A stretch of 64,000 nt of DNA from Sphyrna mokarran (taxonomy: Eukaryota). The notes under the pieces are model-generated. The model saw only the letters and a program-made list of their open reading frames with translations. It had not been told where the DNA came from and ran no database searches. The translations under genes were made by a program, and so were the position numbers. Of this stretch, positions 1 to 10,974 are shown one piece after another (positions within the stretch are counted from its first letter, which is position 1; every line of letters begins with the position of its first letter). The stretch spans positions 123,876,001 to 123,940,000 of the forward strand of contig JAGIQG010000001.1 of the NCBI GenBank assembly GCA_024679065.1, in the 5' to 3' direction.

Positions 1-148
1 AGAATGGTATTTTTTTACGACAACTGCTTTGCTCCTGAGGCTGGGAGTAAACCATTTCATAATGTGCTCTCCCTGCTTCTGGAAGCAAATGCATGGCCCA
101 GCTTCATGTTAAGATGTCGCTGAAAAACGAGCGTCTTGTTAAACTTAC

Positions 149-362
149 CAGTGGAGTGAGTAGCCTGGAAACCTTTCCTTTGTACAGATGCATCAGAAAC
201 AAATCTGATAAACATTTTGTTTCCAGTGGAGATGACAGGAGCTGGAATAATGCTGCCGCAGAATCGGCCCAGGATTGCAAATTTATCAGTCTCTCCATCA
301 AACACTTCTAGATGATCATAAGCACATTCCTGGTGCTGTTCAATTTCAAATTCATTGAAAGT
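149..362 (-). CDS. TLL1: TLL1 coding exon (~exon 19), CUB4 second half
   Basis: [71 protein letters not shown]; acceptor CATAG|ACT, donor G|GTAAGT; 214 nt. Confidence 0.96.
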
Positions 363-2519
363 CTATGAGAAAAAAGACACAATTGACTATGAAATGTTTT
401 CTCCTGACGTACACTTGTATTGCACAGTAAAAATATTTATTAATATCCAGATTAACCACCAAGAAGGGAAATGACATTGATTGGGAAGAATTCTCCCTTT
501 CAGTGAATTGTCAGAGAATTTATTCACTTTTTTTTGTTTTAGTTTCACCGTGGATTCAAGTAATGAATTGCAGTCTTTGATCATGAAAGACATGTGCTGT
601 TCGGAGGTAAGCATGTGACCTTATCTCCAAACAGCAAGATTGTAAAGGTTGGATTTAATGTAGCCCTCCACAACAGGAACCATGACAGCATTTAGTCATA
701 GGAGAGATCCCGAATCAATATCCTGATGGCAGGAAAGCCTTCGATGATTAAGCAGGAGAACAGAAGGCGCTGATGTGGGATTCTCAGTCGCTGGTGGCAG
801 GATGTCAATTTGGCTCATTAGTCATTTGACACCCATTATTCACAAGACCTCAGCAATTTAGTGGTACCTCCAGGAGTTAACAGGAGTGGCATGGCTTCCC
901 CATGCCCTTGAAAGGTTGCTCAACAAATAGTGGTCTCTCAGGTTGCAGGTCCACAATGGGCTGTCTCCAATGTGATTCCCTGATCAGTCCAACATCCGGC
1001 CATAAACGTGAATATAAAACTTCACATTTTACAAGGCAAACTGCTAATCGCATATTGATGACATTGCATATTGATGACACTGCCTCGTACCTGATTTCAG
1101 ATGACCTTGTATTTTAAAGCATTTTGTAGGACATGGTACTAAGGTAACATAGGTGTAGGGGGTGATTCTCCTAGCCTGCTGTATCACTGGGAGACATAAG
1201 CAGAGGCCATTTAGTGGCTTTTCTGCTCGGCACCACGGCCTCCACACATCACCGGATTTCCAGTGTTGTCAGCGCCATGCCAGAAATCAGCACGGAGCTG
1301 AATAAATTATTCTAATGTTAATTTGAATAGCGGGCATGGGACTGAAGTCCTGAAGAGTTGGTGGCCTTACCCCACTGGAGTGAAAGGGGGTGCCAAGGCT
1401 GCACCACAAATGGATCGAGGGTAAAGGGTAACTTCATTGCAATGTTAATGTAACCCTACTTGTGACACTAATAGATAAACTTAGCAAAGAAACAGTTCAG
1501 GCACAATGGGGTAGATCTTCACCTTCACTACAAGTGCAGTAATCTGGTAGAGTGGATTACTGACTGTCCTTTATTGAGCTCATCTAATGACTGTTCAATA
1601 TAAAGGTGTAAATCTAACCTGCTGCACTGCAAACATTTATGAGTCTACAATCATTAAACCTTACTTTCTGAAAAAAAGTAATTTTTATTTGTATTTTGTG
1701 ATCCCTGTGAGAATTTTCTCCAGCACTAAGGTTTAAGCATGAGAAACATAATATTTCATATTTAGTGCTGTTGTTAGTAGGCAAACTTTTACAGCTGGAG
1801 ACCAGATTGATCCTTATGTTTAAATTCAAAGTTCGCTATTTAGTCTAGACACTAACCTAAATGTTTTCTACATTTAACGTAATTGAGAAAATTAAGTTTT
1901 CTTGCAAAATGATGCCTAACGCTTCTCCAAATCCTTCATCTTTTTAGAAATCTTATGACTCAGGGTTGAGCAATTATGTATCAAGGATTTAGCCTGAAAT
2001 CAGATTTACAAATGGAATAACTCATGGATCTGCAAGTTGACTTTTAATAGCTAAAGGCTGTTCTCATCTTGCAATCTAGTATAACATGTTCTTTTCTGTA
2101 TATGCACTGCTCCCACTAGGGCTAGAATCTCTAAGCAGAAGGGAGAGGTTCTCTGTTTCAGCCAAAGTCCAGATCCAGAGATCCTATCCCCTAATCTGAC
2201 CCATACCATTATCACAATGGAGGAGAGGAGATAAGTTCTAATGCGAACAACCACAGTTTATAGAGGCAACTATGCAAGTTAAAGTGAAGCTGCCTCAGCC
2301 AGATCTGGTTTTCACTAGTGGGGTGGCTAAAAGACACCTTGTGCATTATCGACTTTCTAGAGGGTTTAAAGCTGCCTGGATTCTTTGGAGAAGTAGGGTA
2401 TTCATTTGGAGATAAAGTACTCTTTTAGATATGGCTCCGTGACATCTTTGGGAGAGGTCAGGTGTCCTATGCAATTTTCAGAAGTAGATATGAATTGTGC
2501 ATAAACTTATTATAAATGT

Positions 2520-2671
2520 AATCCATGCAGACACTGGGAAGAATGTGCAAACTCCACACAATCACTCGACTGGAATTGAACCCGGGTCCCTGGAGCTGTG
2601 GGGCAACAGTTCTAACCACTTGCCACCCAAATGTGAACAATGTGACATAACACTTCTTTCCCCTGTTGGAA
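2520..2671 (-). repeat. Inverted duplicate of 3667-3816 (5' part of an HE1-like SINE plus unique flank)
   Basis: Reverse complement matches 3667-3816 with about 4 substitutions and one 2-nt indel. Confidence 0.9.
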
Positions 2672-3709
2672 CAGTCAAGAGAACTAACAAACTGTCAATG
2701 AATTTAAATGTACTGCCTACTAAATATTAAAATGAACGTCTGCAATGCATAAAAAAAATCAGTGTTTGCTATTTCACTCTGACTGTTGACTTAAACCTGA
2801 AGTTTACCATTTTTACAATGGGATGCATGTCAGTTTAGTTCCACTGACAGCTAAATAGTTATAAACAAAACAAATGTTAGTTTTCATAAGAGATTAAAGC
2901 AAGTTAAAAGGAGTGAATGGTTTTTTATCAGAGTATATTTTTTGTAATAACACATTCATTAATAGAAACTTAAGAACTGGATTTAATCTCAGCATGTGTT
3001 CTGAGTTCTGCTTATGGCGGGTAATAGATGAGTTGGCATTGCAGCTCACCTGCAAAGGATGGTAGACAGGCATATAGGTGGGCATGAATTGGCATTAATT
3101 TGGCATGGAGCTACAAAGGGCCACGAGTGCAGGTGTAGGGACATAGGATGCTTGGAGAATATGAGAGAAAATAGGGGTGAAGAAAGGAGCATAGGTTGGC
3201 ATGCAAGAAATGGGAGGCCATGGGGATAGGTGGAGGGTCATGACCTTATATGGGTTGGCAATGGATGGGGAAGTGAAGGCTAGAAGGAGATTTTACTTAA
3301 TTCATTTTTTAATATTTTCAAAGTGCCTGAGCATCAAGGCATACCTTCATCCAGCCCAACCATGCACCTAGCGGCCTCCAAACTTTTTCCAATGTTGCCC
3401 ACCATGATTACCATTTTCACCTCCCACACTGGAAATCAATACTCCTTGACACTGACAGTGGATAATTTTAGAAGAGAAAATCCTTTTCTGCATTTAATTT
3501 GTTTTCAGTTTTGTTGAAGGATTGTCACAGATTTGATGAAACAAGTGGAAAAATATTCAGCAGAAAAGAGTGAAAGAGCTGAATTAATGCTAACTAAATT
3601 AGTAAGCTTATTGCAACCTTGGACATATGACTGTATTTAGAAATATTAGTGCATCAGATGCAGTAATTCCAACAGGGGAAAGAAGTGTTATGTCGTATTG
3701 TTCACACTT

Positions 3710-4005
3710 GGGTGGCAAGTGGTTAGAACTGTTGCCTCACAGCTCCAGGGACCCGGGTTCAATTCCAGTCGAGTGATTGTGGAGTTTGCACATTCTTCCC
3801 AGTGTCTGCATGGATTTCCTCCCACACTTTAAAGAAGTGCAGATTAGGTGGATTAGCCATGCCAAATTTCCCCTCAATATCTACACGATGTCTAGGTTAG
3901 ATGGATTAGTCATGGTAAATGTATGGGGTTGCAAGGGTAGGATGAAAGAGAGAACCTGCACTCGATGGACTGAGTGGCCTCTTCTGCACCGTCGGAACTC
4001 TATGA
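3710..4005 (+). mobile_element. HE1-like tRNA-derived V-SINE
   Basis: A-box-like GGTGGCAAGTGGTTAG, B-box-like GGGTTCAATTCC, V-domain TGTGGAGTTTGCACATTCT..., CR1-type tail ending CTCTATGATT. Confidence 0.85.
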
Positions 4006-4752
4006 TTAAAGAACATCTCAGAGATGAGTAAAACTAAACAGGTGAACGTCGGGAAAAATGCGAATGAACTTGAGAATGACCAAAGGCACGGTCAAAGAGA
4101 TAAGTTTTCAGAGTGTTTTTAAAGACAGAGAGCAGAGAGATAAAAGCAAAATGCATTTGCTGGAGAGTCCAGTACGAAGAGGTATAATGGCTGAAAAGCT
4201 GGATTCGGATAATGGAATAGGGAATGAACAGTAATTGAAATTGGGAGGAACACAGATGGGTCATATTGTTGGGGACATTTTGCTAAGTGGAGTTAGGTTA
4301 GGCTGTACAGCAATTTGTAAGGGAAAATGAGGATCTAGGCCAGGGGAGAGGGAGAAGGATCAGGATTGAGGGTTGGGACAGGTTTAATAAGTAATTTTAA
4401 GTCAGGGGAAGACAGGCAACAGGGTTTGGGAGCAGCAGTAATGCCTCGTGTCTATTAGTGTGGAGCTCAGTAAGGCAAGCATCAGACATACGGATTGGAA
4501 TTTGATACCCTTCCTACAACAACCTCATATGGCCTGCAGGAAACCCAATGCCCTCATGAATGGGCATCGGCCAAAAAAGATCCTGATGGGCGTGAGGGCC
4601 CTTGGGAATCACCCAACCAATTGATCCTGAAAAGGTTCCTGTCCAAACCAATAAGTATGCAAACCTGTTAATTTAAAAGTCATTAGCAGGTTTGACAGGC
4701 CATTCACCAGCCTCCTGCCATTCAACTGGAGATGCCTGCAGAAACGGCAACC

Positions 4753-4970
4753 AGGTGGGCTTTACATGTGCTACCACAAGCAGGAACATAGCATGCTGGA
4801 CCCTGAGAGCAGAGGGAAACACAACCAATCCCTCAGAAGAGGGGCATTTTCTCCTTCGACCACTCATATCACAGGCCACATCACCAGGGAAGCATGAGGG
4901 GTTTGTTGTGTTCACTTGGACTCTCGGGCTCTAGTAGACCATGTTCCTATAGCTCATGTAAAGCCCACCT
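4753..4970. mobile_element. Hairpin/MITE-like element with ~80-bp imperfect inverted arms
   Basis: AGGTGGGCTTTACATGTGCTA at 4753 pairs with TAGCTCATGTAAAGCCCACCT ending 4970; arms 4753-4835 and 4895-4970. Confidence 0.65.
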
Positions 4971-5779
4971 ACATTTATTTTCATTTCCCTTCATAGCTGA
5001 ATGCACTACAAGCGCTCCATTAATCCTGACCACAGAATCCAAGCCTGATTGACAGCCTGTGGTGACACTTCCTTCTTTTGCAAATTACAAACATTTTGAA
5101 GAAAGGGAAGCACTGAGTGGGGAGTTTGGGGGAATCGATCAGGTTTTGTGATGTATGTGAGTGAAGATGGAGTTGGAGTTACCCATTATTGAGGGGGGAA
5201 TGTCCCTCTTTGTGAGGGGGTTAGTGGTGCTCACCTAGGGATGGCACCATTTCATTTTGTAGGGGGTGTGGGGGCAGTCTGTCTGAGTGCGAAGGTTGGG
5301 GCGCCCTTTAAAAATGGCAGCCGAGTCTCGGAACAGTGGGGATGGCCAGTGTGTTAATCAAAATTATTTCATTAACATCTGTCAGGTGGGTGCACCACAT
5401 CTGAAAGACACTGCCACGCCACATTCTGCTGTTCCCACTGACATGGGCACTTAGTGCGGAATTTTACCACCCCGCCTGCCACGAGAATTGTAGTGGGCAG
5501 GACATGACCATGCGATGGTCCATTGAGCTTGGGCGGGGCTTTCTTGACTTTGGGTGAGCGCAGCCAGTAAACCTCGCCCTAAGTCCCAATTTGAGAAAAT
5601 CGGGCCCAACAAGCTGTGAAATGACTCGGGCATAAGATTGAATGGATAGTTTGATAGTACAACAGCACATAAATAAATAGAATTTGTGCATGTATCAGAA
5701 GAATACGTGCTTCAAATTAATATTACCAAGAGCTTGCATGTAGACAATAATTGGAAGAAAAACTGTAGACACTGAAGGA

Positions 5780-6260
5780 GGAGCAGTCTGAAGAAATATG
5801 ACATCATTTAGGATAGAATGAGAAGGGAGCATCATGAATGCTGTGAAAAGGTGGAGCAGGAAGATATGATCAATAGATCAATGAAATGAAAATAACAGAG
5901 CTTTGTGTGGAGTCACTTAAAGCCTCATTGATGATTATTGTCTTGGCTCAGTGGGCAGGTCAGATAGGAAGAATTCAAACAGACAACAATGAGAAAGATG
6001 AGAAACTGGAAGAATAACAATACTACAGTCAAAAAACTCATGGAACAAGGAAATGTTAGAAACAGGACAATAGCTTAAAAAAGATGGGAAAAGTCAATGC
6101 TGGGCTTTTAATGAGTAATGACAATGAAGCTGAAAGGAATGGGGATGATACCAGATTATAGGAAACAGTTGGTGATATGGAAGAGAATGCCAAGGACGAC
6201 AACGTGAAGAGAAATTCTAAAGCATAGAGGCTGGTCAGGATGAGTTGAAAGGAAGGTTGA
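5780..6260 (-). mobile_element. Highly decayed L2-like LINE relic
   Basis: Purine-rich plus strand with a degenerate match to the reverse complement of an L2 RT region; similar decayed sequence at about 4050-4400. No ORF remains. Confidence 0.35.
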
Positions 6261-7633
6261 AAGGTTTGTGGGAAGGAGAAGAAATAGAGCTAGCAGAACC
6301 TATGGTCATAATATTAGTGATGAAGAAATCTCATGCTGGATTTCTCAGGAATTTCCTTGGAGGATCAGGATATGATTCCTGCCAGTCATCCCAACCCTGC
6401 AGTGAACCAAGTCCAAACTGCCTGGTTGGGTTTAATTAAGTGGAAATGCTCTCAATGGGAAGTTCACTGGAAAGATAGATGTCATCATTCAAGCCCTCAG
6501 GTTGGATGTGTCATTTTCTTTTAGGTCTCTGGCTAGGTTGGATTCTAAAATAATGCACCAGAGACTATCAGCACACTTCTGTCAATCAAAGAAGTTGAGA
6601 ACAGTGCCAAATGGGGACAACTTGTCTCAACAAGACTCCCTAATAGACTTTATTCATGAAGGGTGGAGAGGGACAGCTGATAGCTTGAAAATAAGAGAAA
6701 GGTATTTGTCAGAATTAGAATATGATTATTGCACTAATCCTGAGCTCAACGGTTAGCTGTGCACAAAGTGGAGTGGTTTGGATTAGCCGAAAGAGGGTGG
6801 GAGGAGAACACATGGAATAGAATGAATACAAGCAGCCACCTGTTTGGCAGAATGGCCTGTTTCTGTGTTGTAAATTTGATACAGACTGCAGAATTGATGC
6901 AAAGGTTTGAGAGCCTGATCTTCAGCCTATGCTCCGTTTGACTGTGGCACTTCACTGAGAACGTGATTGAGTGCAACTTCAGTTATTTAGAAACAGTTGC
7001 TAAGATGATATGCTCTGAGATATTTTATACTTCAGAGGTTTTAGTAATTGCAGTTTTTTTTTACAATGTCAGTGGCTTCTATGCAAGTTTACTAGACTCA
7101 CACTTGATTGACTGTCTTTCACATATACTTTAATTGACAGTCTTTAACATACAGCTGGCCAAATGTATCAAATAACAGATTCTTTGAAAGCTTTCTTTAA
7201 AAAAAATGCACGACTGATCCATCTTGATCATACAGTACAAACTGCAAAAACTAATTTGGTGCTGGATCAATAACATTATTCTTTTTTTAATTATGGTGTA
7301 CACTTTTGGCAGCAGATGAAGGATTAAGATGCACCTCATATTAATAACTGAAAATAGCAAAATACAACATGTTGTTAATACCACATATTGAATCCCTTAC
7401 AGCAAACCCATCTAACCTAATTCCCACTGGCATCCAGTCAAATCACTGGGAGTTTGCACTCAATATTAACAGTTGCCCTTGAAAAGGAGTTCCACAACCA
7501 AATTCTGACCAGCATGTGAAAATATTTGATAGGAGCCAAAGGGTGGAGTGCATAAAATGTGCTATTTATTTTGGCTAGTTTTAAAATATATATTAATCAT
7601 CAAATACTCACAATAAGTACCAATCACAATTCA

Positions 7634-9063
7634 CCCCTGTCTTTCCAGGGAAGCTTGTCAATGGCATGATTCACCATCTTAAAAGGTATGATCTTTGGAA
7701 ATAGCTTCAGTTTTAACTCCTTCTCCACTCACCTTTTCAGTGAGAAACCTAAATCCTGTCATTATCTTGTAACACATGTTTTTGGTATGTATGGTTAACC
7801 CAACCATAGCTCCTGTAACTGGTAGTAATATTGAAAAGAAGTGTAGTTGGTAGTTGCAAAAGTTTACAGATCATTGTTAAATGTGGTTTCACATTTATAA
7901 TTGAATTTGATATTTGATAAATATAGTCAGGTTTGCACAATGTCTGACTATATATCAAAAATCAGCATCAAGTACTCAAATCATATATACGTTAGATACA
8001 GAGTAAAGCTATTTACACTACTCTAATAATGAAAGGTACTTCTCTAGTTTACATTAATTGGGGAGGTGAAACTTCTGTTTAACACAGTGTACATTCAACA
8101 CTAGAAGGGTATTGCTCCAGTTTGTCATTTTAAGCTTCCCTTACTACAAGATAAACTTGCCATGTGGGTTCTTTCAATCGCTTGCTGCAACTTCAGCACT
8201 TTATTATGTTGAAAATACCTCTCCTTTCAAAGTATAAATAAGCTGTTTAATGTTTTATAGATTAAATATAATTAACAGGAAGAACAAAGACTTATGGTAT
8301 TTCCATTTGTTATTAATGTTAATGATTTTATGGCACTTCATGACTGACTTTCCAAATACTATCTTCTGCAATTTTACACAATAGAAAAGCTAATTAAGTA
8401 TATTTGCCTTCTTGATACAGAAGCATTTATTTTCATGTTTAATTGGTGACAGGAATGGTGGCACACCAGAAAGTTTGATGATGTGGAAACTGCCAATTTT
8501 AACTCCAGGACTGCAATAAGATAAATATTCCTGGAGTCCAAACCAGACACTCAACAAGATTTATTATCTGATTAATGGGTGGAGTAGTAACATGGTGCAA
8601 AAAATGCGTAGTCAAAGCCAGATGGGAGGGAAATTTCTGTATGATCAGGATCGAGGAAGGCTGGGATTGAGGAGGCTCAAAAGCTCCTTGTACTCCTCCT
8701 GAGATAATTAGAGATAATTCTGGGGGACTTACCTTAGGCTCTTCTGGCCCATTGGCATCTCCTGCAATGCTTCTACAGCTAGGCACAGACGGTGTGGGGT
8801 TCTGGTGTCAATGACACAATCACGCTTTGACTTACAAACAGACCCCCTGCCTTTCCAGTGAAACTTGTTGATGGCATCATTCACCATCTTAAAACGTACA
8901 ATCTTTGGAAATAGCTTCACGTTTAACTCCTTCCCCACTTGCCTTCTCAGTGAGAGACTTAAAATTCATGTCCTTATCTTGTAATGCATATTTTTGGTAT
9001 GTATGGTTAGCCCAATCATAGCCCTGTAACTGGTAGTAATATTGAAAGAAGTGTAATTGATAG
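7634..9063. repeat. Direct duplication of a ~220-bp intronic segment (7634-7853 and 8844-9063)
   Basis: Shared blocks TTCACCATCTTAAAA, ATCTTTGGAAATAGCTTCA, TTTTTGGTATGTATGGTTA, CTGTAACTGGTAGTAATATTGAAA; roughly 80% identity by eye. Confidence 0.9.
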
Positions 9064-9089
9064 AATTATTTTTAATATTATAAACTTAC

Positions 9090-9217
9090 TATCTTCACTC
9101 TGTGGCCTGGAGTTGCTGAGATCTCCCATGTACATTCTTTGCGGCTAGGGTATTTATCAGGCCAATTGGGACTTGTGATAATACCAGTGGCACTGTAGAT
9201 CTTGTGTTCACATTCAG
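9090..9217 (-). CDS. TLL1: TLL1 coding exon (~exon 18), CUB4 first half
   Basis: (A)[42 protein letters not shown]; acceptor ATCAG|CT, donor ATA|GTAAGT; 128 nt. Confidence 0.96.
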
Positions 9218-9499
9218 CTGATAGAAAATAACAAGAGCAATTAGTTCATGAGCATAGCGACATTATAACTAAGGTCACATCATATAATTAATCAGGAAGC
9301 ATTTATTCACAAAAGCATTGTAAAAGGATAAAATATAAACACTCTCATAAGTAATGAATTATCAATATCTTTAGAATGTACACTGATACCCTGGGAACAA
9401 AGACCTTGTGAGAAGCACAAGACTGATATGTGTTGCATTTAATTCGTTTATTTGAACAGCTGTATTTTTATCTCTTCTATGCTCCAGCAGTCTGTATAG

Positions 9500-10560
9500 C
9501 AAATGAACATATGAATTAGGAGCAGGTCATTTGGTCCCACAACTCTATACCTCCATTTATTGAGACCATCGCTGATCTGACTGTAACCTCAAGTTCACAT
9601 TCCTGCCTACCCCTGATAAACTTTTATCCTCTTCTTATCAAGAATCTATTTACCTCTATCTTAAAAATATTCAATGATCACCCCACTCCATCAGCTTGTT
9701 AGTACTGCTTTCTTAGCAATTGTAATTTCACCAAGTTCCTCTCTCTCATCTCCGGATTTACAGCTATCATTGGAATGTTTTTGTATGCTCTGCATTAAAG
9801 ATAGAAGCAAAATACTGATTCATTTCTACACCATTTCTTTATTATCTATTATTAATTCCCCATTGTCATTTTCCAGAGGACTAACAGTCGCTTTAGTTAC
9901 TCTTTTCCTTTTTTAAATTATTGTAGAAACTCTTGCTATCCATTTTTACATTTCTAGCTAGCTTCTTCTCATTATCTAAATTCCTTCTCCGAACTAACCT
10001 TTTACTTATTCTCTGCCATTCTTTATTTTCTGACTTGCCACTCACCTTGCTGCATTTAAATGCATTTTTGTTTGAATGTTTTAATTTTTCTTTACAATAG
10101 AAACATCCTTATCCTGAGTATTCTGAAAAATTCCCTGAAATGTCTGCCTTGCTTCTCTATCATTCTACCCTCTAGCCTAGTATCCCTGTTCATTTCAGCT
10201 AGCTCAGCTTTCATGTCTACATAGTTGTTCTTATTAAGTTTAAAACACTAGTCTCTGACCCACTCTTCTCCTTTTAAACTGGAGTTCAAAATCAATCATT
10301 GTGATCACTGTTACCTCAGCTTTCACTCTGAGGTCATTAATTAATCTTGCTACATTACACAATACCAAGTCTAACATAACCTACTCTCTGATTGGTTCGA
10401 GAATGTGCTGCTTGAAAGAAAAAGCTCCCAAAAGCATTCTATGAATATTTCATCTAGGCTGATGCTGCCAATCTGATTTTTCCAGTTTATATATAGATTA
10501 AAATCATCCATGATTATTGCAGTTCCTTTATCACAAGCATTCTGTATTACTTCCAGTATA
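9500..10560 (-). mobile_element. Old CR1-type LINE relic
   Basis: Plus strand starts with the CR1 3' end pattern (GAACATATGAATTAGGAGCAGG...CCATCGCTGATCTG), followed by decayed internal fragments. Confidence 0.6.
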
Positions 10561-10714
10561 CTTTGTAATACATTGTGGTTACTGGTTATGACTTTTTTCC
10601 CCCACTATCTTCGAAAGAGTCTCTGCTGCTTTGGCTTCTGTTCACTGCATGAGCAATACTAATTCACAGCTGCTGGCCAGAGGAACAAAATACCCCAGTA
10701 CAAAGACAAATTCT

Positions 10715-10905
10715 GTTCTGATGAAAGATCATTGACCTGAAGCATTAACCCTCGCTGGGATTTTTTCACTCCAGTCCAATTCCCACCGCTGCCTCTCCAA
10801 ATTTTCCATCCCATCATGGCAGGACTGGAGAATTCCAACCTCTGTTTCTTTCCACAGATGCTGCCTGAATTGCTAAGTATTTCCAGGAGTTTCTGCTTTT
10901 ATTTA
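10715..10905 (+). mobile_element. Penelope-like terminal repeat fragment with a degenerate hammerhead motif, interrupted by a small MITE (~10753-10840)
   Basis: GTT-CTGATGA-A-AGATC-ATT-GACCT-GAAG-CA-TT-AAC, then TCTGTTTCTTTCCACAGATGCTGCCTGA...; MITE ends GCTGGGATTTTT / GGAGAATTCCAACC. Confidence 0.6.
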
Positions 10906-10974
10906 TGAAAAATTTTCAAGATGTGATAACAAGGCTAAGTCTACAAAATTACATGCCTGACATTCCGTCCACAG

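Noticed and set aside
57-305. ORF-track entries 57-305, 39522-39710 and 55934-56155 as stand-alone small genes
   Set aside because: They are TLL1 exons with intronic read-through; true boundaries are set by splice sites
1050-1081. Short tandem duplications (also ~17905-17929, ~18640-18673, ~45590-45622)
   Set aside because: Ordinary 12-20 nt slippage duplications with no sign of function
3710-3780. tRNA-like A/B boxes here and at ~61785 and ~59200
   Set aside because: They are SINE heads followed by SINE body and tail; no full cloverleaf, so not tRNA genes
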